This document shows, piece by piece, positions 49,401 through 63,355 of a stretch of 64,000 nt of DNA. A model generated the notes under the pieces. It was not told the origin of the DNA and searched no databases. It saw only the letters and a program-made list of their open reading frames with translations. Made by a program: the position numbers and the translations under genes. Origin of the DNA: Monocercomonoides exilis PA203 (lineage: Eukaryota; Protista; Preaxostyla). Location: contig LSRY02000021.1 in assembly GCA_001643675.2 (NCBI GenBank), positions 434,001-498,000 of the forward strand, in the 5' to 3' direction. Within the stretch, counting starts at the first letter, position 1; every line of letters begins with the position of its first letter.

Positions 49401-52400
49401 AGACTAAGTTTGTTTTGCTATCAAATGACATCTGAACGGCATCATTAATTTGTAGTTGGACAGCAAATGGACTCACAAGGTCATTGTATTTCACGTTCAT
49501 ATTGTCAGATTCTGTTGAAGTTGAATATTTATCTTTGGCTCTTGACTCTACAAGCAGGTGACGATAAACTTCCTCAGAAAAAGAACATTCCTTTTGATTC
49601 AACAAATCTTGCTTCTTTTCATCAAAATTGAAAAAGTTGTACATAAGAATAATTAATTTAGAAATCAAAACGCGAAATTGCGCAATGACGCTTTTCTTGT
49701 TCAATTTTTCTGAATAATCGCTCTCTTCTCCAATTATTCTGAAAAAATGACTGAAAATTAGATCGTCATTACGTTGTGAATCATTAATATCCACATCATC
49801 TTTTGTATTTTCAGAATCATCTGTGTAATCACCACTTGAAAAGCTTTCGCTATCTGTGACATCTTCAAATGAGTCTATTGAATCAAAGTCCATGTCATTC
49901 TCTTGTTCAAATAATTCATCATGCAAAAAATTATCTGCTTCATCAGAATATCTATTTGGACGATCGAATAAATCCATTGAATCTGTTACATAATCTTTGA
50001 TTGCATCGGAATGATCATTCATTTTTTTCCAATCTAATATTGAATGACTGATTTGTGCATCTTCTCTAACATCTTTTTCTACATTTTCTAAATAATTCGC
50101 GCATTGTTCCTTTCGTAGAGCATTTAAACGTAATTGATAGCTCTTAGAAATGCGAGGTGATTTCCTTGCCGTTGCAACAAAACCTGATTTCATTTGAGGA
50201 GATACACTTGAGGAAGAAACCTTTTTCGAAAAAATCTTTGATTTTCCAAATGTATCAGAATGACCTCTGCCACTCTCGTCTAAAAGTGCATTTAAAGAAC
50301 TGGACATTTTGTGGAACAAATGCTTCAAGAAAGATTTTTCTTTTGTTAGAGGATACCTCACTCTTTGGATTGACATAAGAAACATTAGAGTGTAATTGAG
50401 GTTGTGGTGAAGCGATTTAATTCTCCAAGCCAGACTGGAATGCTCATCCTTTTGAAGAGCATTTGAGATTTCTGTAACTTGCTGGGAGTGCCAAACAACA
50501 ATTGCCACAAGAAATGTCTGAATCTGAACAGGATAATATTCTGGCGTGCAGAACTGAAACAGCATGAACACAAACCAATGGAAGAATGTTGGAAAATCTT
50601 CAATTGAATTTAATGTCTCCACTATTTGTTGTTTTATGATATTAGAATTTGTTTTGGCCACAATTGTTGGTAGCATCCAAACATCTGAATCAATCTTGAG
50701 GGAATTCTCTGGATAAAGCATTCTCTCTCCTCCAGAGCCAATAAGCATTGATGCTACCAACGCCTGTCCATCATTAGACTGCTCCAAAATCATTCGTTGC
50801 GCACCTGGCAGGAATTGAGAGAGAATAACTGGGGCCATCTCAAAGGTATTATCTCCTTCAGCCAACGACGAAGCAAAATCAATCAGTTCATAACATGTCA
50901 GAAAAAGAAATCTTGGCTTTTCAACGGCAATGATCTTTGCTTGGAGAAAAGTGGAATTGCCAATAATCGTATGAGATTCATCAATCATCTGATTGATATG
51001 ATCTGAAAGCGGAACTGCAATGGATGGATTCGCCATGTCTCTAAGAGCAAATAACTGATTTGCCACATCAATAATCGAGCTTATTAAGTATGATGCAGAG
51101 TCAATTGGAATGATGCGACTGAACACAGCTGTACGAAGCCTGTGTGGAAGTTTGTAGGCAGCGTGCAATGAATTAAGCAGCTTTATCACACCTGAAAGCA
51201 TATCAAGTGTGGAGTAGATCTCATTCGTAAAATCAGATGAATACTCTTTGTACAACATTTCAAAAAGAAAATGAAAATCGTCTTCTGATTCGCGAAGCAA
51301 TTGCTGACAGAGAATTCTATTAACATCAGGAAGATTTGCAAGATCCACTTCTTTTTCATGTATGTTCAATGAAGACGCTCTTCTTCTGTGCTTTGCTCTT
51401 CTCGGGGATTGCAATGCTTTTGCTGCCGCAGACTCATTTTGTCCTTTTGTCTCTGATGTGACGTTCGTGACGCGCCATCCATTTTTGAAAACAATCGGAA
51501 GAGGCGTTTCAAGCCATTTAGAAATGCAATCATCTAATTGCCTCTTCATTTCCATTTGTTTGCAGAATTTATCTACAATAAGCTCTATCTCAGGTTGATG
51601 TTCAATAGTGCAAACTTCAAATAACACAGAAAGTTTTATTTGCCCATTTGCACACTGCATCAAATATTCATCCAGACAATCTGAAGGAATCTTCTTTAAT
51701 CTTATAATATCACTCAAATATGACTCATTCAATGATGCACTCTTGATTTTACTTATTATATGCCAAGCTGACAAATACTCATTGAAAATCTTTGAAAATT
51801 CTGTGTACACATTGAAGGTTGACACAGGATCTGTAACTTCATCAAGAACTTTTTTAGCATTATCAAAGAAAGAAAGTGGTATTTCTTCTTTTTTGAATTC
51901 ATTCCATGTTAACTGAAAAAGCCCATCATCCAAAGATGTTTTACAATTTGAAATAAGATTCCATATATTTGAAAGCTGACTAACAACTGAAATGCACTCT
52001 TCTAGCCGAGGCAGAGGGCGATCTTCTGTGTGCATAAACATGTGCCGAAGATTCAATATTACATCAGCGTCTTCTTCAATTCTTTCCAGTTCTTGTGCAT
52101 AGATGTTCATAATTATCAATGCATCATCCAATGGAAATTTATATTCCAAAGGAGTTGCACTTGGTAGCAGTAGTCTTGTCATGAATGCATTTGCACATGT
52201 GTCAAATTGCTTTTCCAATTCGTTGATCTCGTTCATAACAGATATCTCCAACATCTTCACATTGACTTCATAAGATTTTAGTCGAGTCCATTTGAACCTT
52301 TTCCAGTACTCTCTGAATGACTTAAATTGAATGGAAGCCTCGTGTGGAGAGTATGAGAACGAGTTTACGAGATGCTCAAGACGGTTATCCACACCGTCGA

Positions 52401-55400
52401 TAAAACAATCTATTGCTGAAGCATCATTCAAAACATCACGAATCGAGTTGATTATCTCGATCTTAAACTCTGTCGTTATATGAGTAAATGATGAATCAAA
52501 ATTATTGGAGATAAACGAAAGGATATCTGTCCCTTCCACACACGCTTTGCTCAGCCTGCTGTTCATGAAGTTCAAAAAGGGCAGGCTGCTCCGTGCAGTC
52601 TGTGAGAACAGCTCTTGTTTAAAAAGCAGTGTGTCCACACACACCCAATCCAGGTTGATCCATCTGGGAAGAGACATAATGCTGTTCTGCCACCTAAGAA
52701 TTTGAGCTGTGTATCGCAGCCATTCAGAAATTGGTGGATTTGAAAACTGCCTCTGCTGGATCCACATTGCCTTTGGAATCGAAGAATGAATGTCTGCTTT
52801 TGGGATAGGAGAAACATCATCGATTTGGTGATAGCTTATCAAATCACCTGCGCAAGAAGGATTTCTGTGCAGCCCAAAAGGTTGAGAATGATGAGAAGCT
52901 TTCTCATCTCCTTGAAGAGTGGTGCTGTGAATCGATATGGAGTTATTTAGAGAAAATGACAAGGGCATTGAGAATTTATGGCCTCCAAGCATGGGAGATG
53001 TTGATAGCACAGATCGATTACTGATTGAAGGAGGGTAATCAACAGACACAAACAGAGGAGTTGCAGGTAAACGAGGAGAAACAGGCTGATAAGGAAGCGA
53101 TCCTTCTTCTGATAGGAAAAGCATGTTGTATGAACTGTGGGTGTCAGACATAGATTTCATGGATACACTTTCTGATGAAGCAATAGCACGCAAAGATGAT
53201 AAAGTTGAAGAGTTTGAAGAAGAAGGAAACAAAGACGAAGAAGGTGAACCAGATGAAGAAATGTCCGCTTTCCAGGTTTCTTCAAATGGTTTCAGCATAA
53301 AAGGAGATGAAGTCAGAGTGGAAAAATGATAGGATGAAGAGAATGGATGCAATGGAAACTGCTGCGGTGAGGTTACGTTTGGTACGATTGGAGTTCCAGA
53401 TACTCCAAAAAATGGAGAAGAAGATTCACTTTCATCGATGGTGCTTTGCTGCTCATCGATTGTAATGCCTTCACGTTTTATTTGATTTTGCCATTCCTCT
53501 TTGGCATTCATGATTTTCTTGCTGACTTTTGAGAGAGCCACAAATGTTTTAGGGAAAGGAAGAATCGTTCTTTCAGTCACAGGATCGCCCGGGTGACTCA
53601 GAAACTCGGCAAAGCTATCCATGTACGAATGCTCCCAAAGAGGAGAATAGCGCAGCATCAAATTCCTAAATTGGGAGAACTTCTTCTCTGACATGTAGAG
53701 CTCGGCAGACAGCTGAGAGGCAATCTCAATGATTTCCGAGTGCTCACTCACATCTTCGAGATCAGTGAGCGCATCAATGAGACTGTCAAAAAGAGACGCA
53801 ATGTTAATTCCAATTGCATTCTCGTTGTTGACCAAAGAGATGCCAGACGGAGCCTCAAAAAGAGAATCATTGTGCAGATTGGAATGCGAAATTGTCAGAC
53901 TCTCTGAAACTGATATGCTTTGTGATGAAGAAAGAGGATCGCTCTTTTGACGGGAATGCAAAGCTTTAAGGTGAGTGTGCACAGAAGAGAAAGTGGTTCC
54001 CAGCTGAATTTCTTTCCCTTTAATCACCACAAGCAGCCTTACTAACGGCTGATGTGAACGAATTCGATCCAGAATTCTGTGCATAGCCAACTCAATGACC
54101 TCCAGTTTGGCTTCTCTGATCTTTTTGTCCATGTGGCTTGTACACTCCAGCGCTGTTTCCTCGTCTGTTCCAATCCTCTCCATCAGCATACATGCATTCT
54201 TTTTGATTTGTTCCAGGCGGTTTTGCGCCATCAGCTGCTCAGCTCGTATCTTTGAAGCAAGTGAGCTTATGTACCGTTCGAACTCTCTCTCAGAAAGCGT
54301 CGTCTGAGGAAACTGGATGACGAGTGCAGCTTTCATTGCACGGACCTCCTGTTTGAAGGACTTGTAGTTGGCTTGGAGCAGATGCAGCCTCTCAAGAAGC
54401 ACTCTGGAAGAGTTGAGGCAGGAGGAGACGAAAGAAGGCAGGAAAGGGCTCTTCCACAGCACATCCTCCATCCCGTTCTGAATGTCCTGCTCCACTTCGT
54501 ACAGCTTGGACTCTAAGCATCTCATCTGCAGCGGCTTTGCGGTTGCATAGAACAAGCGGTATTGCGAAAGGAAGTACTCCAACTTCTGCCGACTCCTCAG
54601 CAGATTCTTCACGCTTTCCGATGCAGACTCGACTTTCTCAGAGTCCTTCCGGCCGAAGCACCGGATGATGCTCAGTTCTCGTGGTAGATTCACACAATTG
54701 GCGAGCAGCACAGACACAGACAGAGGATCTCCTGATCTTGCGCCTGTGAAGATATGGCTGTTTGTGATCTCCTGGCTGAGCTGTGAGAAGCTGCTCTGCC
54801 AAATTTCGAGTCTTCCTGTGAAGGCAGATTCAATGGCAGAGTGCAGCTGTGTGCACTTCCAGTGGAATCTGACAAGACGCTGAACCCACAAATCAAACTC
54901 GGATAAAGTGTCCTCGCATACATTCGGGACAGCCTCGAGTATTTTGGAGGTGAGTGTGGAGGATGACTGGAATGCAGACAAGGACTCCAATGAATCGTCA
55001 GAATTGGAAACTGAAAGGTTGTTGATGTACTCAAAAAGATGGTCTAATTGTGATGCGGTTGAAGAGTTTGAAGAAAGTGATGAAGAGGAAGGAAGAGAGG
55101 AAGGAATAGAGGAAGGAGCAGATGTCGAATGATCATCTGGCTGCACTTCCATTTCGTCCATGGCAGAGTAAGATATTGACAATGATGATGAAGAAGAGGA
55201 GGATGAAAAGGATGATGATGATGATGATGACGGTAAAGAAGAGGATAAGGATGATGAAAAGAAAGAGGAGGAAGAGGAAAAAGAAGAAGAAGAAGGTACA
55301 GAGACTCTCAAAGAACGAAATTTTGGCTTGCTTTGACTTCGCTTCGCTTTCAATGTTTCTGCATAATGCTGCACAAACACAGACGGATAAGGCATCGACT

Positions 55401-57754
55401 CCAAAGTAACAACAGCAAATATCAGTCTCTTTGTCAGAGTCAGCAGAATCCAAAATGCAGTGATTTGACTGAAATCGCAGGAAATCACTGGCAGAATGGG
55501 CACTTCAATCAAAAACGCCTTGAAGTCAGCCAAAATGCGCGAGTACAGCGAATTCAACAAAGAAAAGAAGACAGCTGGGCGCTTGACGACTGCTGCGCAC
55601 ACGGCGATGTTGCTGAAGAGAGGGGCGATTTCTGTGAGGATCCTCTGCAGCTCTTCTGTCGAGTGGGTGCAGGCGATAGAAGAGATGATCGCATACGAAA
55701 GCTGCTGCACAACATTCGATGAGTTCTGCTTAATCAGCAATTCGTTGCGCTCTGTGAAGATGAGGTCAAATGGCTCGCTGCCGCTGATTTCGCTGTGATC
55801 AAGTGGCAAAGCAGAGAAAGCAGAGTAGACAGAAAAGGGGTCTGGATTTGGAGTGTCATCAGTTCGCAGCGTGTTTGACAGAGTATGTCTAATGGAGTCT
55901 TTAACCTCTCTGCGGTAGATGATGGTTATCTTCTGAATAAACGCGATGAGCCCGCCAGAAGTAGCTGTCGATACCAGCGGCTTCTCGAACGACTCGTTGT
56001 AGTGCCGGCAAAGACGCTCGCAGTGGAGGAGATAGTCCAGAAACCGGCAGCGTCCTTCAAATTCATTGAGAGGATGGAGAATGGCTGAGAGGGTGGGGGA
56101 TGTGTCCGCCGACTTGGATGATGTTGGAGCAGAAGAAGGTGAATGATATTTTAATGGAAATGTGGATGAGTGACTTGGAAATGATGTTGGCGTTGCTGAT
56201 GACGATGTACTGAATGTGCCAGCAAATGGCGTGTGGCCTTCGTGTTTCTGGATGCAGCAAATGATCAGCTTTTTCAGAGAAAGAACGGCAGACAGCACTC
56301 CATTCACTCGATAGGACATTATATTCACTTCATCAAGCAGCTCATATATTGAAAGAGGGGACTGTGAATTTCTCTTCTGTTTTCTTGGGTTTCCAGTAAT
56401 TCCAGACTTTTCCTGTTTTTCCTGTTTTTCGAGATTTATCTGGCTTTCGCTCAGATCTTTCCAGCTGAATGACGGAGATGCAGATGATTTGTGTTCGTCT
56501 CTTGCATTACCTTCAAAATGCTTCGTCTGATCAACACTGATTGCACCATTGCTCTCAGTTGTGTCACAGGAATTCCTGCCCATTCTGCCGAGAATATGGT
56601 CTTTTGCCTTGTTGACATAAGTCCTTATAAAAAGCATAAGCATTGGATAAGGTGATACGATGCCTGGGAAAAAAGAACTGATTGAAAACAACAAGCGTAT
56701 AAACAGTTGAGCATCTTTCTGCTCACACGCAAATTTGTCTGGTCCAGCTTCGATAAACCTGTACAAAAAGGGGGAAATGACTTTAAATGCCTCACTGTTA
56801 ACTTTTGAATGCTGATGAGCTTTTGTTGCTCGATGATATAAATCTTTAAGCAAAAGACGTTGGCTATTAGTGAGACTTTTGAATAAATTCTGCTTAATTT
56901 TAGTTTTGATCTCCTTCACGAATGTTGCGCGATGAATCCAAAAGTTCATAAGATCCTTTTCTGTTCGAAGTTTGCTTTGCGCTTGCAAAGAAGGTGGATA
57001 AAGATAAGTTTGAAGGCTCTTTATCTGTTCTTTTGACAATCTTGGATTTGAAAAAGTAATAAATTGAGCCAAGCCCGAATCTTCATTATCATCATTCTGC
57101 AATTTTGAATTTTTATCAATTTAAAATGAATTTTCAAAAAAAACAAATTGATTGAAAAATAATGCTTCACACCATAAAACAAGTTTCCGATTCATCAATT
57201 TCATGAATAATATTCTCAGTTCTGGAGATTAAATTATCATGGATATCAATCATAAATTTTGCGTTGCTTTTTGTGAGTGCCCCAACATTGCTGTCCATAT
57301 ATCGAGTATAAATAGTTCGTTCATCCTTGAAATTGTGTAAAGCAACATGATTTAAAAAATGCTTCAAGTACGTCAGTGGTTGTTCACAATGGAAAGAATA
57401 AAGCATGCTTTCATTGATATTCTCCGCGTTTAAGGATGTTGATTCAATTTTTAAAAAAGAAAGAGTGATTTCTTTTTCGTTCGATAGTAATGTATGTTGA
57501 AAAGATAAAGGAATATAACTATTTGCAACATATATCCTTTCTTCATTTTTAAATTTTCGAAAAAATAAACAAAGACAGTTTGGCTCTATTATAAGCAAAT
57601 CAAGTGGATTTGATTCATTTATAAATTCTTTGTAAGTAAAGGAAAAATCATCTGAAATTTGGAATAATGACTTTACTAATTTTAGAATCTCTGCTTTGAC
57701 TACGCGAAGTTTCTTTGGTTCAACTTCAGAAACCAAACAAGCAGATTTTATCAT
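34426..57754 (-). CDS. Giant (~7750 aa) highly divergent dynein heavy chain-like protein; join(57173..57754,34426..57096)
   Basis: A phase-0 GTGTGA..CAG intron (57097-57172) joins the two ORFs. DHC landmarks occur in order: tail-like WVCVD..FKQEL, YGYEW, VFQC, LPD.L..AFR.VA..P, GF..S..LSRK, AAA2 GPTGSGKT, TVFDYF, LWKWECER, stalk coiled coils, LFGDAV, W.EW....PE...FP, FQRALL, GGWIVIEDLHLA. Confidence 0.8.
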
Positions 57755-57831
57755 TAATCATTGATCTCGCCGTTATAATTTTATTGAACATTAATCAGTC
57801 ATTTAATATTAAGGGAGAAAGATTAACAAAA
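57755..57831. promoter_or_regulatory. 77-bp divergent intergenic region (putative bidirectional promoter) between the DHC-like gene and NOB1
   Basis: Start codons at 57754 (-) and 57832 (+). Confidence 0.5.
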
Positions 57832-59791
57832 ATGCAAAAATATGTGCTCGATACAGCTGCATTTATTGAATATTTTCAGCCAAATTTTTTAACAACACAA
57901 TTATTCACGACCTCCGGTGTTATTGCAGAGATTCGTGATGTTACTGCCAGACAAAAGTACGAGGAATGGAAATCTCATATAACTATACAAAATCCAACAA
58001 AGGCTTCTATTAAAGCAGGTTTTTGCATTTAAATTTTTGTTTTATTTTTTATTAAGTATATTTAGTTGAAAAATTTGCTAAAATGACTGGAGAAGTGACG
58101 TTTTTATCAAAAGTGGATATTGGAGTTGCTGCTCTTGCATATGATCTTGAAACATCTGAAAATGGAATGAAAAATATAAAGCAAGTACCTCCTTCAATAA
58201 ATTTTGTGCAAATTGAACGACGCTCTGCTGTTCAAGAAAGTGAAAGTGAAAGCGAAGAAGAAGAAGAAAAAGAAATAAAGAAGAAAACAGTTGATCCAGA
58301 CATAGCAGATGGATGGAAAGTTGCAGGAGGGAAAAAAGGAAAATCAAAAAAATCGAATAATAAAAGTAAAAAGAAGGATAAGAAAGATGAAAAGCAAGCT
58401 TTAGATCAAGAAAAAAAGCCTCAGCCTGCTGAGCCTGAAATTGAAGATGACGAAGATGATTGTATGACAAGCATTTTTCTTCTCTCAATTAAATAAATTA
58501 TAAAAATTAAAATTATAGGGATTACTGCTGAAAATCTTCACTTATATGGTTCAGGATCGATGTTTTCTCATGCAATTGTTAAAGAATTGGAGCCAATGAA
58601 AGTCATTGATAAAAAAATTACTGAAGAGGAAGCTAAAAATGAAAATGAAAAATTCAAAAAGCTTGAAGAAGAGGCAGATGCCCATGAAAAATGCTCAAAA
58701 GATTGTGAGAAAGCTGAAGAACAATCAACTTCCTCTTCTTTGGTAACTACTACTTCTTCATCTTCAGGACCTCTGTCTTCTTCAACAAGTTCTTCTGAAG
58801 AAGCTCCTTCATCATCATCTTCTTCTTCGTCATCACCATCATCATCGTCATCATCTTCCACCAACACTCGACAACCTCTTATTCCACTTATTCCTCCTCC
58901 TGTTGCTCCTTCTTCCTCAACCCATCCTTCATCAGCCATCACAGCTCGGTCAAACGTCTTCTTAATCACTGCTGATTTTGCTGTACAGAACGTAGCATTG
59001 CAAATGGGGCTGTCGCTGATGGCTCTTCAGGGCAAAGCCATCACATCTGTCAGGAGGTATTTGCTTCACTGCACTGCCTGCAACACACTGGTGAAGGATA
59101 TCACAAGATTGTTCTGCCCTGAATGTGGTTCTTATCCACTGAGAAAAGTCGGGTATGTAGTGGTCGGAGCAGACGGTGCACAGAAAACTAAAACAGACAG
59201 AGAAAAAGAAGAAGGGAAAGAAGAACAAAAAGAAGGAGATGAGAAAAGCTCATCATCATCATCTTCTTCTTCTACTTCTTCATCTTCATCTTCTAGTTCA
59301 AGTGAGCCAAGAGTCATTGTATTTATGCGACCTTCTCAGCGCCGCTCGTTCAAAGGACTGCAGTATGACATCCCCATTCCGAAGGGAGGCAGAAAAGGGA
59401 GGCCTCTTGTTGAGAGGGAGGATGTGTACCAAGACAGAGTGAAGAAAACAAGAAGAAGGATTGGCAACCGTCCAACTGGGAATGTGACGAAGGATGGATA
59501 TGTCACAAGAATGGATGACGAAGATGTGGATCCACTTGGAAGAGTCAGCGGGAAACAAGAGTGTGCATAGTTGTATTATTTTTATGCTATTAATAAAGAA
59601 TTTTTTATTTTGCTTTATGTAATCTATATATTTTCGTCGTGTTTCTCGAAAAATATTGTATTTGAACTTTTTTCAAATGTTTGATTTACGATAATTACAA
59701 TTTTAGACGTGTCGTTATTGGATTTGGCAGAAGGAATCCAAATGCACCAAAGCATATTCATCCCAGTAAGAAGCGTCATGGAAAACGATAA
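57832..59791 (+). CDS. NOB1: NOB1 20S pre-rRNA endonuclease; join(57832..58018,58066..58461,58519..59560,59707..59791)
   Basis: PIN motifs YVLDTAAFI, VIAEIRD, FAKMTG...LSKVDI, spliced WITAEN, TADFAVQNVALQMGL. Zn ribbon CTAC..FCPECG. The last exon supplies the conserved GRRNPN. Confidence 0.92.
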
Positions 59792-60196
59792 AAAGCTTTT
59801 CCCTTCAATCTTTGAAAAAATGAAAAAATCATTGAAAACTGTTTGTTATCCTTCATCTGGTATTATTCCAGAGTTTGGCATTCTTTTTATCACTTCATTG
59901 AGAACTTTCTCTTAATAGAAAGATTGTCATCATAACTTTGATTTTCCATTCTTTCTCAAAACAATAAGACAGTGGAAGTTAAATGTGCCATTCAATTTCA
60001 GCTTTTTTTAAAATTTTCATTTTTTCAGAAAAAATTCTTTCAATAAAAAATTATAATAATTTAAAGACATTTATGAAAAAATCATTTCGATTGCCTCTGA
60101 TTTGAACTGAAAAAGTATTTTTCTGACGCATTTTGGAAAAAAATTTATTACAAATAAGATCAGTGCAGATTTTTCTTTTTGCTTTCCTTTACGTTT

Positions 60197-63100
60197 ATGG
60201 AGCAAAATCGACCAAAAAACGGCAATGCTGAAGAAAAAAGGTACTGTTAATTAAATTACTTGATATTCTCTTTAATATTATTTTTGTTCATTCAGAAAAT
60301 CCTTGCTTTATTCAAGTGATTCTCTTCAGAGTTTGTGCTGGATTCCACGCCAACTGACTCAAACACATCATGCATTCCCTATCGTTCCTCGTCCTCCGAT
60401 GCCTTTAAGATGCTTGGCGATGAATGCTCAATTTTGGTCGCTTCAAAATACTTCAGCCTCAGTCTCAACTGTAAATGATTTACTATCAGCATTTCGCGAA
60501 CATTGCGAACATTTATGGTCTGAATCTAGACAACTACTTAGATATCAAGTGAAAGCTGATTCAATTGAACAAGAATGTTGGAAAACTGGAGAATCTCACG
60601 ATGTTATTGAAGGAAAATGCAAAAATTGCTTTCATAGTATTTCAACGACTGTATCTTATATAAGCTCAAAGCTTGACAACACAAACTACAAGAGACTTAT
60701 TAGATATTTTGATCACATCAGATGGCTTTCAGAAAACATAATTCCTGGAATTAAACTCAAGATTTACGAAACTCAAATAGATCTGAAATGCTACTTGGAA
60801 ACGGTATGCGCAGATGTTAAACTACTGAAAAGAAAGACATTACATCAGCAACCATCACCTGGAAGTGATTTAGCTTTATCAAGCCTCTTCTCTTCACACG
60901 AACACAAGAAACAGAAAGACAGAAAAAAAGAAAAAGAGCAGATGCGTCAAAGAGAAAGAGAAGAAGACAAAGCAAAGGAAACTATCACTGTAACAGATGA
61001 AGAAGACGATGAAGGGATCCATCATCCAGAATCAGCGTTCTTTCCATGGATTACTGGATTCTCCTCAATTGCATCATCACCTGCACATGGGCTGATGTCT
61101 TCTCAAGTTTCACTCAATATTTACAGGCAAACACAGACAGTCCAGCAGAATCCTCTTGAAAATGCATCAACTCCACCGTCTTCATCGCACCATGCTTCAA
61201 TCAATAAGACCGCACTTTCCACTTCTAATTCATCAAATGTTTCAAATTCCCCATCTTCAACTTCTTATCGTCTTTTATTCACACCTTCTTCTTCGTCGTC
61301 ATCCTCATCCTCGTCCTCGTCCTCGTCTTCTTCTTCAATTTCTACAACTCCTCCATCCATCACATCAACAATTCAAGTCTCTCCAAACATTTCCTCTTCA
61401 AACTCGATCATTGGTGTTGCATCATCGTCTTCTTCATCCTCATCATCATCTTCCTATTCATTGCCATCGCCTGCTTCTTCTGTCAGCTCATTCCCTCCCA
61501 TCTCCCCTCAGACTCCCTCAGCCATCTCATCTTCTCCGCCCTTCCCGCCATTCATCGATCTTCAGCGCAAAGGCAAAGGCTCTTCAGCAACAGCAAAGCA
61601 GAGCTGGGAGATCAACATGATTGAAGTGCACCTGATCTGCCTGCTGACTGTGGAGATATCAGCGTCTGCTGAGCTCGAGAGGCAGAAGCAGCTGACTGAA
61701 AGAGGATACACAGGAGAAAGTGCAATGGCTGCGAAGAAGGATATCAGCAAGCCGTGGGAAGGGATACGACGGATCAGCGAGGAGACGAGGAAGCACTTCA
61801 TCCGCATCCAGGCGAGGAAGAACGAAGAGTCGAAGCAGCGCCGGCTGCGGCACGAGCTGAAGAAGAAGCTGAAGAAGCAGCTGCTGAAGGGAGGGAAGCG
61901 GCAGTACGAGAGATACGTGCACAAGAGCCACTCGTCACACCACAGGCATCGGAAGCATCGGAGGAAGAAAGCATTGTCAGGCAGAGAAAGAGAAGGAGCT
62001 GCATCAGCAGCAGCAGCAGCAGAGGAAGCGAGACCTGCAGAGGCATGGAGAGGGAAAGGGTTTCCTGCGCAGAGTGCGCGGATGGTGGAGGGGAGATACC
62101 CAGGCGATGTGGCAGTAGCAGGAGCAGGAGCAGGCAGAGGAAGAGAAAGGAGCGAAGAGAGAGGGAAAGAGAGAGATTCAGCGAGTGGAAGAGAGCTTCT
62201 TTTCTCTGTCTCCTCGCTGGCTGCACTTGAGGCCGCGCCTGTCACCATTGGAGGATCACCGTTCACAACCATCTTTCCAATCATGAAGCCGCAAAGGACG
62301 ACATCTGGTGCGTCAGACTCATCCAACATCTCTTCTTCTTCTTCTTCTGCAACGGCTGCTGCTGCTTCTTCTCTTTCTGGCTCGAATTTCCTGTCTCCCT
62401 TCAGAGACCGTTCAGCTTCTTCGACGCCATCCTTCCACATCCGCTCCATCGCTCCGCAGACACCCACACACGACTTGAGCACACCCTTCGCCTTCGTCCG
62501 GCACACCATTCGTGCCATCGCCTCTATCTTCGCACTCAGCCTCACTCCACAAGCACCAAAGGGCTACCACCTTTTCTCCCCTACTGCCTCCTTCTCATCT
62601 TCATATGTCTCTTCAAACTCATCCTTATCTACATCATCATCTTCTTCATCTTCTTCTGCTTCTTCTTCCACTCTTTCCTCAGACCGCTCTGCTGACGCCT
62701 CGTCCCGTGCCCTCGCCCTCATCAACCCTCAGCAAGACCCCCTCCCTCCATACTCTTACCCAGCTGAGTCCATCTCTGTCTGGGCACAGCTCTTCCTCTT
62801 CCACATCTTCCTCAGCGTGGCTGACTGCGCCGAATGGGCAGGCAGCTTCATCTTCTCGGTGCAGCCAGCTTGGAGCTGGATCGCAGCGTTTGATGCCATG
62901 TGGCGAGGAAACAGGCAAAACCAGCTGTTCTCCTTTGATTCGGATGTCCAGAATGGAATCATTCCTCATCTGCCCTTTGAGGAGCAGCAGACAAGCAGTG
63001 TGGGTGCTTCTTCGTCGAATGCTGTGTCATTTCTGGCTGCTCCTGCACCAGCCACTGCTTCTGCTTCTTCTTCTACTTCTTCTTCTTCTGTATCACCACT

Positions 63101-63324
63101 GACTTCTCTGCCAACCTCTGCCTCTGTCGCATTTGCTGGCTATGTCGCTTCTCATTCACCATCATCTTTATCTGCTGCTTCTGCAACTTCGTTCAATGCA
63201 AATCAGTCTGCTTTCCCTTCGTCTCCTCATCAGTCTCCTTCAGCAAATAGAGTGGGTGTGCAAGCTATGCCTTCTCTTTCTCTTCCATTTGCTGTTGGCA
63301 ACACATCTTCTTCTTCTTCTTCTT

Positions 63325-63355
<31 letters not shown>

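Noticed and set aside
57167-57754. Separate 195-aa gene
   Set aside because: It joins in frame to the giant ORF through a 76-nt GT-AG intron, and the giant ORF has no ATG at its own start.
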